From Naegleria gruberi (taxonomy: Eukaryota), in the NCBI GenBank assembly GCA_000004985.1, contig GG738874.1: 64,000 nucleotides of DNA. One strand, given 5' to 3'. Shown in pieces: positions 10,934-21,198 of this stretch (position 1 is the stretch's first letter; every line of letters begins with the position of its first letter). A program made the position numbers and the translations under genes. The notes below the pieces were generated by a model. It made no database searches, was not told the origin of the DNA, and worked only from the letters and a program-made list of their open reading frames with translations.

Positions 10934-13900
10934 ATGATTATCATTATGGAGAGTGGGGATCATGGTTCTTTGCAGTTGTGTTATGTGGTTGTTTTCCTGT
11001 CGTGTCCAATGAGTTTTGCCATGTCCACCTTTATAGATTGCAAGTGGATCAATATGGAAGGGTTTTCTCAAACCTCCTCTACACGAATGATTCTGAATAG
11101 ATTCAATACATTTTTTCAGGAGGAGAGATATTGCTATACGAGTACCAATATTGTCTTTCTAGTGATATTTCTGGTCACACATTTTCTGTTATCACTAATT
11201 TGTGCCTTCTCCACAACTGTCCTCTCCAATTCCCACCCACTCTCAAAAACTGTTTTTGTTGCAGATGCTAGTTTTGTTCCTGCCTTAATGTTTATGAGTA
11301 ACTTGATGGAGATTTTATTTCACTTTATTATTCCATCTAATTATGCATTTGTGAGATCGATCATTCACATAATCATGGCCTTAATATTTATAATATTCCT
11401 CTTTAAAAACATTACATATATGAGGAGAACAGACAATTCGATAATATCAGGATTTGGATTTGCCAAGTTGGGAGCAAGTGTTGGAAAGCTGATATCATTC
11501 TTTGTTAATAGAGATAATGTCAATAATACTCAAAATTACAACACGTATGGAATTATCATGACATGTGTGACAATAGGATTGGTAATATTTGGGTTTATTA
11601 TAGGGTTCATTGTAATGGAAATTTACACCAGATATATTGTTTATACCATACGTAAGGTATTGGAGAATATTATTATGCTAGCTGATAGATCTCAGTACTA
11701 CGAGCAAAGTAATGATGATTTGGATATGCAAGATAATCAAGAGAGTCAAATCATTGTTTATGAGAAAATAATTGAGAGGGAAGCACCAATGTTATACCAC
11801 AAAATTGACTCTGAAAAGAGAATGAAATTTCTGGTATATTATTTGAACTTTTGTATGCATAGGAATGTCGATGAGTTGATGAATAGCTCTCACCCCTCCG
11901 CCCATAAGAAGGTTTCCAGAATTGAATCAATTGGAATGACAGATACACATGTCGCTTTATGCTTTATCAAGGGTCTTTTTGGAGGTTCTACTTCGATTGT
12001 TACAAATGTCGGCCTCATGTTAACTTGTAGCTCACTTGTTGCTTACTACTGGCCTTCTTCAGCAGAGTCAGTTAACACAACATTATTTGCAAATAGCTTG
12101 TTAAGAAAAGCTCTCAAAAAGCAGCCATCATTTATTCAAAGATTCTTGATAGGTATCAAGATTAAGGAAATTGAGGTGAACGCTGATGAGAAAACTCGAC
12201 TCATGTTTGAGGCGAAACATCTGGTGTCAAAGTTAGAAAGAAGACAACAAGAGTTGAAAGCTCTTCATAGAAATTTCTGGAAAGAACTAACCCATGAAGT
12301 GGTCAATTATGAAAAAATTGAATCAATCATATTAAGGGCAAGTGAATTATCAAGTAAATGCGAAACTCACTACGAAAACCTCAGGCTTACATACCGTCAT
12401 GATAAATCACTATTGAGATCACATGCCCAATTCCTTGAGACCTGTAGATTTGATCCAGATATTGCTCACGAAATGTACAACGAAGCAAGCCTTATGGAGG
12501 AAGAAGATTCTGCCAACCATGCAATGAAATCCAAAAGTAACTTGATGGCAACGGTCAATATTGCAGAAAGAAGGAAAATGTGGAGGGATCAAGCAAAAAA
12601 CAGACCTAACAATAGAGGAATGGCTAATGGAAATGTGAAAGTGGTTCCAGTGAATGGAAATAAGGATATGGTAAGAGGTGATTCCACAAGCTCCATCGAG
12701 GGAAAAGAGGGACAAGAAGAATATGGACACCACTTTGAAATGATAGACCCAAGAACATCGCTCAGTTATTCAGATCAGTTACCATTCGATGGTGTTGAAA
12801 ACTTTGGAAATGTGCGAAAGGAAACAATATTTAGAACTTCACTTTCTGTACCTCACAGACACACTTTTCAACTTGGTGGATTTATTGCTTTCTTTATCTT
12901 GTCTGTATGTCTTTTAATATCTTCATCCATTCTGAGTGGTCTGATATCCTATGAGGTTACGGATGATTTACAAATTGTAAAGACAGGATGCATTCCAACT
13001 TCCTCTATAGTTCAAATGATTACAAAATTGAGATCCCTCAAGTTTGCTAATAGTCTTTACTCTCAAAAATCTTGGCCCACTGAAATGACATCGCTTGGGT
13101 TTAAAAACTTGACCGATTTCAATACCAAGATGTGGACAGATTTTAAACAATATTATTCATATTTTATTGCTCTAAGAGATATGAGTATGAAAGATAGAGT
13201 CCTAACACCAACCATGTATGATGAGTTCCATGAAAGATACTACCCAATGCTGACACCTGAAATATCATCTGGAAGCGAAATTATATTATACAATTCTACC
13301 AAGGCAGTCAATATTTCAATTGCTGATATTACCAACTTGGTAATCAAGTACTCTGAAGACTTGATAAGAACTCGTGATTCAGATCATACGTTTACTAATT
13401 ATGGCTTTATGTTCTTTTATGATAACCATGATTACATTACCAAAGCTTTTAGCCAATTTTGCTCTGTTCTTATTGATGAATCCAAACATGAAGCTTCACA
13501 GGTAGATATCGCTTATATGGCCTTCCTTATTGTAGCCCTTGTGGTTTATCTTCTCTACGGAACTGGTTATATCATTTACACTCACATTTCCCTTAAATTT
13601 GTCAAGTCACAAATCAAACTCATTGAGCATGAAATTTCTAAAAACATAGCTGGTCGTTTATTCCATGATTTAGAAAAGAAAGTGAGTGATGACGTAACTG
13701 TTCGTCTTCCAAAATCCAAGTTATTGAGACCAAAGAATATCATTATCATGCTGAGTATTTCATTAATGATTTTAATGGCCGTATGTGCTGGATTGCTTTA
13801 CTTTGGAAATAGATACAATGCAGAAAAGATTGCTTCCTCTTTTATTTCATTTAGACATGCCACAAACAGTATGTTTTATGTCCAGAGAATAGCCTTTGCT

Positions 13901-15802
13901 GTCACTGAACAATTTACAAATAAGGTTTTGGGAGGTTCATTGCAATCAAGTGAAGAACTATATTTAATGAACCAAGATTTAGAGGAGAATGTTCAAAGTC
14001 TGAGAGAGAACTGGAATTTGTGTTTATACGGTGACTCAAAAGAAGTTTATACCTCCATAATGAATAGAGGAATTTTAGGCCTGTTTTCTGAAGTAGATAA
14101 TCTAATAATTGGAGAATCTAACTGTACATTCTCAGAATTCAGGTATTCATATAATGTTTCTTCAAAATGTTTCCTTAGTTTGAATTCTCTCCTCACCGAT
14201 TACATGTCTTTGTCTACTCAGTTCAACAGTGTGTTAAAAGTCAAAAATATCAATAGCAGTGACATGGACATTGTGGATCAGTATGCTCAAGCTACATTCC
14301 TCTCCAATATGATAACAATGGATGTAGTCGAGATTTCCTCTGTAATTTCAGAAAATTACTCTAACCCAGCTTTTGAAATATTGATCACTTTCTCTATTGT
14401 TGGATCTGTGTCCATTTTGCTATTCTCGTACTTGATACATTTGTATCTTACAAAATATTGGAATTCCATTCAAGAAATGAGATTATATTTCAATTATATC
14501 AGTGTGGAAACACTTGATTCAAATGAAGCATTGAGAAATTATTGTATCCACCATTTGGTTAATGACACCTTCTTGCTAAAGAGGAGAAATATGAACAATA
14601 CATCCCTTCAAGATTCCAAAGTGAGAAGCTTATTGAACGCTTCAGTAGATGGTGCAGTCATGTGTTCTGGGCAAACCTGTGATATTGATATTTTCAATCC
14701 TGCTGCTCAAAGAATGTTTGGTTACAATCAAACTGAAACTGTGGGAAGGCCACTTTTTGATTTGTTTGATTCGTTGAGTCAGCAATCTATTAGGAAAATG
14801 GTATCAGATATGCTTCAAGGGGCTTCTGAAGCTCAATCAAAAGGAGATGCTCTCGATGCTGAATGTGTAAGAAAGAATCAAACAACTTTCCCTGCAAGAG
14901 CCAATATTTTCCTAACCAAACATGATAACAAACCAATCATTACCATATTTATCAAGGATATAACATCAGAGAAGAAACATTTAGCCCTCATTGCTGAAGA
15001 AAAGAAGCACTCTGAAGAACTGTTATTGAACATTTTGCCTGATGCTGTGGCTTCTAAACTCAAATCTGGTGAAACATTTATTGCAGAAAAGTTTGCTGAT
15101 ATCACTTGCTTCTTTTCTGACATGGTAAACTTTACAAGAATTAGTTCTGACATGAATCCTTCTGAGCTAGTTTTGATGTTGAATTTTATTGTAAATGGTT
15201 TTGATGAATTGATAACCAAGTATAATTTAGAAAAGATCAAGACCATTGGTGATGCTTATTTTGCTGTTGGAGGTCTTCATGGTCTGAATGCACAATCAGA
15301 TCACCCCGAAAGAACTCTTAAATTTGCAATTGATACCTACCAAGTTGTCTCCAATTATAATTCCAAGAGTGGAAAACCAATGAGAGAACAAATTAACATT
15401 AGAATTGGAATGCACACTGGAAGTGTTGTGGCAGGAGTTATTGGAAAACTCAAGTTCGCTTACGATTTATGGGGAGATACTATCAACATGGCATCAAGAA
15501 TGGAATCGAATTCAGTGAATGGAAGGATTCAAATTAGTAGAACGACCTATGAAAGAGTGTATGATCTTGGTTTTTCATTTGAAGAGAGAACGATCAATGT
15601 TAAGGGAAAGGGAGAAACTTTAGCTTATTTGTTAGATTCCAAACATCATACCTCAGCTATTGTTAATCATGAGGTGATTGAAGACAGTGAGGAGATTGAA
15701 TCGGTTGTCTTACCTCCAAGGGACACTCTTGAAGTTATTCCACTGAGAGAATCAGCTTCCAATCACACAGACCTTGTAGATTTAGCTCCCTCCACTCCTT
15801 AA
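10934..15802 (+). CDS. Large multi-pass membrane class III nucleotidyl cyclase with a PAS sensor domain; predicted adenylyl cyclase; 5' end uncertain
   Basis: Multiple hydrophobic helices occupy the N-terminal half and the middle of the protein. A PAS-like segment (SVDGAVMCSGQTCDIDIFNPAAQRMFGYNQTETVGRPLF) precedes the catalytic domain. The CYCc domain carries FADITCFFSDMVNF, KIKTIGDAYFAVGG and GMHTGSVVAGVIGKLKFAYDLWGDTINMASRMES. The specificity residues are Lys (KIKTIGD) and Asp (YDLWGD), which predict ATP use. The upstream S/N-rich ORF 10291..11100 overlaps in another frame. It has a TM-like segment, a candidate GTAAAA donor near 10795 and candidate acceptors near 10853 and 11117. The true 5' exon structure is therefore unresolved. 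Confidence 0.75.
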   Translation: MIIIMESGDHGSLQLCYVVVFLSCPMSFAMSTFIDCKWINMEGFSQTSSTRMILNRFNTFFQEERYCYTSTNIVFLVIFLVTHFLLSLICAFSTTVLSNSHPLSKTVFVADASFVPALMFMSNLMEILFHFIIPSNYAFVRSIIHIIMALIFIIFLFKNITYMRRTDNSIISGFGFAKLGASVGKLISFFVNRDNVNNTQNYNTYGIIMTCVTIGLVIFGFIIGFIVMEIYTRYIVYTIRKVLENIIMLADRSQYYEQSNDDLDMQDNQESQIIVYEKIIEREAPMLYHKIDSEKRMKFLVYYLNFCMHRNVDELMNSSHPSAHKKVSRIESIGMTDTHVALCFIKGLFGGSTSIVTNVGLMLTCSSLVAYYWPSSAESVNTTLFANSLLRKALKKQPSFIQRFLIGIKIKEIEVNADEKTRLMFEAKHLVSKLERRQQELKALHRNFWKELTHEVVNYEKIESIILRASELSSKCETHYENLRLTYRHDKSLLRSHAQFLETCRFDPDIAHEMYNEASLMEEEDSANHAMKSKSNLMATVNIAERRKMWRDQAKNRPNNRGMANGNVKVVPVNGNKDMVRGDSTSSIEGKEGQEEYGHHFEMIDPRTSLSYSDQLPFDGVENFGNVRKETIFRTSLSVPHRHTFQLGGFIAFFILSVCLLISSSILSGLISYEVTDDLQIVKTGCIPTSSIVQMITKLRSLKFANSLYSQKSWPTEMTSLGFKNLTDFNTKMWTDFKQYYSYFIALRDMSMKDRVLTPTMYDEFHERYYPMLTPEISSGSEIILYNSTKAVNISIADITNLVIKYSEDLIRTRDSDHTFTNYGFMFFYDNHDYITKAFSQFCSVLIDESKHEASQVDIAYMAFLIVALVVYLLYGTGYIIYTHISLKFVKSQIKLIEHEISKNIAGRLFHDLEKKVSDDVTVRLPKSKLLRPKNIIIMLSISLMILMAVCAGLLYFGNRYNAEKIASSFISFRHATNSMFYVQRIAFAVTEQFTNKVLGGSLQSSEELYLMNQDLEENVQSLRENWNLCLYGDSKEVYTSIMNRGILGLFSEVDNLIIGESNCTFSEFRYSYNVSSKCFLSLNSLLTDYMSLSTQFNSVLKVKNINSSDMDIVDQYAQATFLSNMITMDVVEISSVISENYSNPAFEILITFSIVGSVSILLFSYLIHLYLTKYWNSIQEMRLYFNYISVETLDSNEALRNYCIHHLVNDTFLLKRRNMNNTSLQDSKVRSLLNASVDGAVMCSGQTCDIDIFNPAAQRMFGYNQTETVGRPLFDLFDSLSQQSIRKMVSDMLQGASEAQSKGDALDAECVRKNQTTFPARANIFLTKHDNKPIITIFIKDITSEKKHLALIAEEKKHSEELLLNILPDAVASKLKSGETFIAEKFADITCFFSDMVNFTRISSDMNPSELVLMLNFIVNGFDELITKYNLEKIKTIGDAYFAVGGLHGLNAQSDHPERTLKFAIDTYQVVSNYNSKSGKPMREQINIRIGMHTGSVVAGVIGKLKFAYDLWGDTINMASRMESNSVNGRIQISRTTYERVYDLGFSFEERTINVKGKGETLAYLLDSKHHTSAIVNHEVIEDSEEIESVVLPPRDTLEVIPLRESASNHTDLVDLAPSTP

Positions 15803-15882
15803 TGCTAACACTCGGAAGAGTTGGAATGCTTTATGAATTAGCATTTGCTTTTAAAAGTTTGATTTATTATCAGAGAGCGTGT

Positions 15883-16752
15883 TTAGAAAAGTGTAGCCAA
15901 AACAAAAAGTACCATAAAGCTTAACATTCCAATCATGTTACTTGATGGAGCCGCATTTCTTGCTGGCAAAATGGCAGAATCATAGACAGAGTATGAGCTC
16001 AAACTGACACCATCCATATCACCCTTTGTGGCAATTCCAGCATCAACCCATGATTTTCTGAGACATGAATAGTATTTGCTGTAGGCATATCTACATCTAG
16101 TAAATAATGAGCTGTCCTCATCAACATATTGATATGAATCAGTTCCAACCATATCAGAACTTGCTGAGACACCCAAATTATAGATACATGCATATACATC
16201 ATAAAAAGACCCGTAACACTTGGCAGCACATTTTCCACCACTTGTTGAGCTAATTGCCTTTCCACCACATGCACAATAACTTCCTGTAGGACAAGAAACT
16301 GTATCAGAGCATTTCAAACCAGACGCATCAGCACATTTACCCTCAGAGGAACAGTAAGCACTGTAACATTCTGTATCCTTCTTACAACTTCCACCCAATG
16401 AAGTTCCATAAAGTCTTTTACACTTATTATCAATACAATCAACCATACCTGAGCTAGTGTAGGCGCAATCACTTGCAACAATACAGAATTCACCATAGGT
16501 AGCAATTCTTTGACAGGTGGTTGAAGTATCACCATTAGAAACTTGACGACAAACCAATCCAGAAACACAAGGAACGAAATCAGAACTAATTGCAGATTTA
16601 ACACAAGGTTGACTATATTGAATTTGCTCAACACAAGTAGCAATAGTCAATGAAGTATATTTACAATACAATCCATTATCACACACAACCTTCTTTGAAG
16701 TATCAGACAATGCACAATTTTCTCCTTTTTTAGCAATAACTTTTTGAATACA
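15883..16752 (-). CDS. Cysteine-rich protein with a C-terminal GPI-anchor-like hydrophobic tail (paralogue of the adjacent gene)
   Basis: About 40 Cys are regularly spaced (C..G..C......C modules). The C-terminus reads SSNMIGMLSFMVLFVLATLF. An in-frame ATG at 16752 is immediately preceded by TAA. The track start at 16710 is TTG. No N-terminal signal peptide is found in this exon, so an unrecognised upstream exon or a link to the neighbouring gene is possible. Confidence 0.5.
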   Translation of the reverse strand, partial: CIQKVIAKKGENCALSDTSKKVVCDNGLYCKYTSLTIATCVEQIQYSQPCVKSAISSDFVPCVSGLVCRQVSNGDTSTTCQRIATYGEFCIVASDCAYTSSGMVDCIDNKCKRLYGTSLGGSCKKDTECYSAYCSSEGKCADASGLKCSDTVSCPTGSYCACGGKAISSTSGGKCAAKCYGSFYDVYACIYNLGVSASSDMVGTDSYQYVDEDSSLFTRCRYAYSKYYSCLRKSWVDAGIATKGDMDGVSLSSYSVYDSAILPARNAAPSSNMIGMLSFMVLFVLATLF

Positions 16753-16850
16753 TTTACTGGTACCTAAAATACCAGAGCAAACACCATCACTATAAAGAAG
16801 AAGAAATTACAACACCATTCTAACAACCACACAAAAACAAAGAATATAAC

Positions 16851-17330
16851 TTACTTATTACAATCATAGAAAGTCTTGGAATTTGAACCAGAATCTTCAA
16901 ATTGACAATTTTCACCAACTCGTCTCGATTTCTCATATCCATAATAAGTACACTTGCTATTGATACATTTTGGACCGTATAATTGTGCAACATTTGCTGA
17001 AGGAAGACTTTCTCCAAGACACTGACTATCACTCACACACGAATCTCCAACCATTCTAAACTTTGGAGTACATTTCTGATTATAACAATCCATGGAACCA
17101 AAGATACAATCCTTGCTAGTGATACAAGTAGTACTCGATCTCTTTTCCTTGTATAAAGTTGAGAATAAATTACACTTGTTATTGTAATTGACCCAGGCAA
17201 CTGGACATTGTCCACTAGTTGGAATGTAGGTTTCAGTTTCAACGTACAAGTTGCTGGTACATGATTCTTGCACGGAGAGTGATACTAGGCAGAGCAGAGC
17301 TGCTATTGTGAAAAGATGGAGTGTTGACAT
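16851..17330 (-). CDS. Secreted cysteine-rich protein (signal peptide plus Cys-rich modules)
   Basis: The ATG at 17330 is preceded by an A-run. The signal peptide is MSTLHLFTIAALLCLVSLSVQ. About 20 Cys are spaced like those in the downstream paralogue. The stop TAA overlaps a GTAAGT-like sequence. Confidence 0.55.
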   Translation of the reverse strand: MSTLHLFTIAALLCLVSLSVQESCTSNLYVETETYIPTSGQCPVAWVNYNNKCNLFSTLYKEKRSSTTCITSKDCIFGSMDCYNQKCTPKFRMVGDSCVSDSQCLGESLPSANVAQLYGPKCINSKCTYYGYEKSRRVGENCQFEDSGSNSKTFYDCNK

Positions 17331-17850
17331 TTTTTTTTTGTTAAATAAAAAGACTTGCTTGACATGATGACATTTTGAGTTCAATATATATCATAGAATA
17401 GTAAAATGGAGGGTGTTAGGGATATTTGAAGGTCATGAGACTTTTTTTGATTGTTTGTCGTTAGAAAAGGTAACCCAAGATTCGAATCGAATTTACAAAC
17501 TCTTTCTGTTACTCACTGTGAGAATTGAATTTACAGTTTTTGTTGAAGCAAATTTTCTTGACAATGAATACCAACTACGATTAAGTTGCAGATGAAGAAG
17601 GATGACCTTGTGGAATTTTATTTCAAAAAAAAATTAGCACAAATTAGGGAACTTGCTTGGAATATTTCTATAAAAATGGTGTAGAATTAAACTCCAAGAA
17701 TATGATTTTGAATCCATTCCTTATATTATTTCAAAACATTTCACATTGTGTGAAGTATTTTGGAACTTTTAAGAACTGTCATCCATCATCAGATGATAAA
17801 AAAATTAAAAATCAAATCAAAAAAATAACAATAATCTGTAAAACAACAAA

Positions 17851-19737
17851 ATGAATTTCGATACTGAATTTTCCCTTTTATTTGCAGAATTAATTCAAAA
17901 GATGCGTGAAATTGACTGTGATATCTACAAGGTTGATGACACCAGACAACCCAATGAAGGTAAAATTCCCATTCACCAAGTTGATTCCACACTCATGAAT
18001 ATTTCCTACAAGATGAGAGATGAAAACATTTCCAACTATCAGAAAATGACATTTGTAGCATCAATGGCCAATTCCAATGTTGAATTATTGTTTACTTTCT
18101 TTCAGGGAGGAAAACCAGGATCACATCCAGGATACATGTCATCGAATATGATGTGGAGTTTATTTAGAGATGTTTTGGTGGGGGCAAAGAAGAGTCCTTC
18201 GATTACTGATGGTGGAATTATGTTATTTGCAATGGTTAGTTCAATGTTGAGCTATTCAACTGATCGATTTATTTATCATTTTCCTGAGGTTTTGTTTGAT
18301 TTGATTTTGGCACCTCCTCGTGTGATAAAATCAGGAACCACAACTGAGTTTTCTAAATTTGCACTCAGTGATGATATTGCACGTATGTATGAAGTGGAAA
18401 ATGCAATTGGTTTGGGAAATTCCATTGCACAGAATATCATTTCCTGGTATCAAATTGCTTTGGAAAATAAGAAGGAGAAGGCAACAATATTCTCATGTGA
18501 TGTGGAAACTTTTGAAATGATTTTGAAATTGACAAGAGATCGTATTTTCATCTTTGTTGTGGAAAATTTAAAGAGATGTAAGAATGATAGAATGATGTCT
18601 GGAGTCTTTTTGGACTCGTTCAATGATTTGATGGGTACAATGAGATTGAATGAGAGAGAGGATTTCCTGTTGGGTATTAATGTTGAGAGAAGCTTTGAGG
18701 AGTCCAAAGGTTCGAGTTTCTCTGAGGAAGTTGAGGGAAGAATGTCCTTTTTGAAACACGTTTTCATGAGTGATCAGAATACAAGAGAAGAACATGTTAA
18801 TTTTATTATTGAAACATTTTCTAATCATCCATCGAAGAAGATTAGAGATACCATTACAACGGTATTGGGTCAACATTTGGTTAGAAAGATTAAGAAACGT
18901 ATTCAGGAGAAGAAATTGAGTGAATTGAAAGCAAGCTCACTCTCTCATCAAACAGAATCCAATCAAGAGGAATATTTGCTCTTAATTTGTGAATTTGGTG
19001 GCAGGAAGAGAAAATTCATCCTCGACAATGTTCACTCCGTTGTAGATGTGCAGGAATATTTAACAAAGGCCTACACTGAGAGAAAGAGAAACTCTGAGGC
19101 CATTTCTACAAAGGAAGACCAAGAAAAAATTGTTTCCAATTCATTGCAATTGTTCTTGCCAGCCAACCAGCTTAAAGTTGAAGAAGGAGCAACCCCTGTA
19201 GGAGATTGGGTTGACTTGGACGATTTTAACGTGTTGCAACTTTCATACAGAGATATCAACACAAAGAAAGTCCTCTCTGAAAAGATCAATCAATTGAAAT
19301 TTGTTAAGAAAGTCACCACTAAGGAGAGTACCACCAAGAACAGCTCACTGGAAGGAGGTTCCTTTGTTTCCAACTCTTTCGTTCCATCAACATTCGAAGA
19401 GGATGAAAGTGCTCTTGCCACTAAGGGAAGTGCTGGTTTCACACAAGCTCAACAATTCTCAGGAGAAAAGACCAATTCATTATTGCCATCATCCTCTGGA
19501 GCATCAAGTCTCAACTCTGGTAAGATATCTGCATTAGATAGTGCCTATTCAGCCGAAGTTAAACCACAAGGAACTAGTGAGATGAGTGGAGTAGAAATGA
19601 GTGGCATTGAAATTAGCAGTATTGATGGAATTTCAGTTTTGGAAGATTCACAACCTCCTCAATTCTCAACCATTGAGGGAATGTCCTATGTGGAAGGAGG
19701 TGCCAATTACTTCTCTTCGGATGATGAACAAGATTAA
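17851..19737 (+). CDS. Hypothetical protein with an acidic Ser-rich C-terminus
   Basis: This is a long ORF of 628 aa with coding-like composition. No domain could be recognised by eye. It is convergent with the NUDIX gene. Confidence 0.4.
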   Translation: MNFDTEFSLLFAELIQKMREIDCDIYKVDDTRQPNEGKIPIHQVDSTLMNISYKMRDENISNYQKMTFVASMANSNVELLFTFFQGGKPGSHPGYMSSNMMWSLFRDVLVGAKKSPSITDGGIMLFAMVSSMLSYSTDRFIYHFPEVLFDLILAPPRVIKSGTTTEFSKFALSDDIARMYEVENAIGLGNSIAQNIISWYQIALENKKEKATIFSCDVETFEMILKLTRDRIFIFVVENLKRCKNDRMMSGVFLDSFNDLMGTMRLNEREDFLLGINVERSFEESKGSSFSEEVEGRMSFLKHVFMSDQNTREEHVNFIIETFSNHPSKKIRDTITTVLGQHLVRKIKKRIQEKKLSELKASSLSHQTESNQEEYLLLICEFGGRKRKFILDNVHSVVDVQEYLTKAYTERKRNSEAISTKEDQEKIVSNSLQLFLPANQLKVEEGATPVGDWVDLDDFNVLQLSYRDINTKKVLSEKINQLKFVKKVTTKESTTKNSSLEGGSFVSNSFVPSTFEEDESALATKGSAGFTQAQQFSGEKTNSLLPSSSGASSLNSGKISALDSAYSAEVKPQGTSEMSGVEMSGIEISSIDGISVLEDSQPPQFSTIEGMSYVEGGANYFSSDDEQD

Positions 19738-20018
19738 CATTCAATAAAAGTAAGCTTTCCCTAATCAAGATTACAATATCTGAGTTTTGACCTTTTCATG
19801 ATATGAAGAGGTGTAAAGGGAATGAAATTTCCAAACAAGGATGACCGTAACTATTACACTGGGCATGCTCAATAGAAAAATCAATTCACGCATTTTTTAC
19901 AAAAAGATCTTTAAGGATTTAGGGCGTGCAGTAATTGCCAAGATTTAGAACTTTGTAAAAAAAACAATAGATCATTAATCTTTATAATTTACAAGATAGT
20001 CTGACTTTTTACAATAAC

Positions 20019-20795
20019 TTATGGAGCTCCTTCAAGAGTGAGCATTGAAAGAGGATACATTGGTTTTCCTTCATGAACATATTTAAACCATTGGAATGGT
20101 TCCATTCCTCTCAGTTTCTTTGTTCTCTTCTGGAGAAAATCATTTTCAAATTCCTCATATGAAAACCATTTAGCACATACACTTTCAAAATCAGGAATTG
20201 ATTTCAAAACTGGATCTTCTTCCAATGGTTCAGCATAGAAAATGACTCTTGATCTAGCACCTCCATCGTGATAAGGAGAATACTCAAATCTCAAAATATT
20301 TTTCAATTCGACATGAATTCCAGCTTCTTCCAAAGTTTCTCTCAGAGCTGCTTGTTGGAAAGTTTCACCAGGATCCACTCTACCAGCTGGTAACCACCAA
20401 CCCTGTGAACAGCCCTCCTCAACCAATAGGAATTTACCACTCACTGGATTTCTAATAATCACCAAAGCAAAAGAATAGGTTGGCTTTAAAGAATTCTGAT
20501 AATCGATTTCATCCTTCTTTCGTTGTTCTGGTGTAGCCTTAAAACCATGCTCATTGTAAATGTGAGTCGAGAATCCCCATTGCCTAGATCCCTTCAATGA
20601 GTCATCAAGATCCCTCTTGAGACAAATTGGACAAACCTGTTTGGTATTCTCTCTGCAGTGGACTTGCAAACAGTGAGTAATTAATTCATCTTCGGAAAAT
20701 GTCTGACCAGAATGAGTGCAAGATTCATAGGAACATTTGAATCTTTCTGGTTGTTGAGTGAGGCCTTTGGTTTTGTTCATGAGTGATGAAAACAT
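20019..20795 (-). CDS. NUDIX hydrolase with an N-terminal C2H2/zinc-finger-like region
   Basis: The Nudix box is GRVDPGETFQQAALRETLEEAGI (GX5EX7REUXEEXGU). The N-terminus has CSYESCTHSGQ...HCLQVHC and CPICLK Cys/His clusters. Confidence 0.75.
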   Translation of the reverse strand: MFSSLMNKTKGLTQQPERFKCSYESCTHSGQTFSEDELITHCLQVHCRENTKQVCPICLKRDLDDSLKGSRQWGFSTHIYNEHGFKATPEQRKKDEIDYQNSLKPTYSFALVIIRNPVSGKFLLVEEGCSQGWWLPAGRVDPGETFQQAALRETLEEAGIHVELKNILRFEYSPYHDGGARSRVIFYAEPLEEDPVLKSIPDFESVCAKWFSYEEFENDFLQKRTKKLRGMEPFQWFKYVHEGKPMYPLSMLTLEGAP

Positions 20796-21198
20796 TTTTT
20801 TAATTGATTTGTTTTTAATAATTGTCTTCTAGGGTTTGATAATAATAAACGAATTGATGTTGTTCCAAGTTCAATGTTTGAGGAACTTTAAGAAATTGAT
20901 GAAAAATATGAAATTTCAAAACCTGAAAAAACTGTTAAAATTCAGTTAAAATTAGAATCATTCTATCGCGATTATTATTAAGGTATGATTACAAAAGTAT
21001 CACGTGGAGAAGAAAATAATTTTCGATTGATCAAGTCATCATAATGACCATTCATGGAAAAGTTTCAAAAAATTGTCTAGATTGATACTTGATTATTTGC
21101 TTTTTAATTCTCTCTCTGATCATCATACAATTTTAATATTAATTGAAACTGACAAATTGTGTGATATATATCCAATATAAATTAAATTATAATACAAC

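Noticed and set aside
10934-10936. The ATG at 10934 as the definitive cyclase start codon
   Set aside because: The first roughly 60 codons after it (MIIIMESGDHGSLQLCYVVVFLSCPMSF...) read as non-protein-like. The same DNA in the upstream ORF's frame gives a TM-like segment. The start was left as uncertain rather than asserted.
16789-16854. An intron (GTAAGT...tttatag) joining the two Cys-rich genes into one
   Set aside because: The downstream frame has a TAA at 16755-16753 immediately before its ATG. No AG acceptor between 16800 and 16753 restores the frame for a phase-2 donor. Both are kept as separate genes, with the uncertainty noted in the findings.
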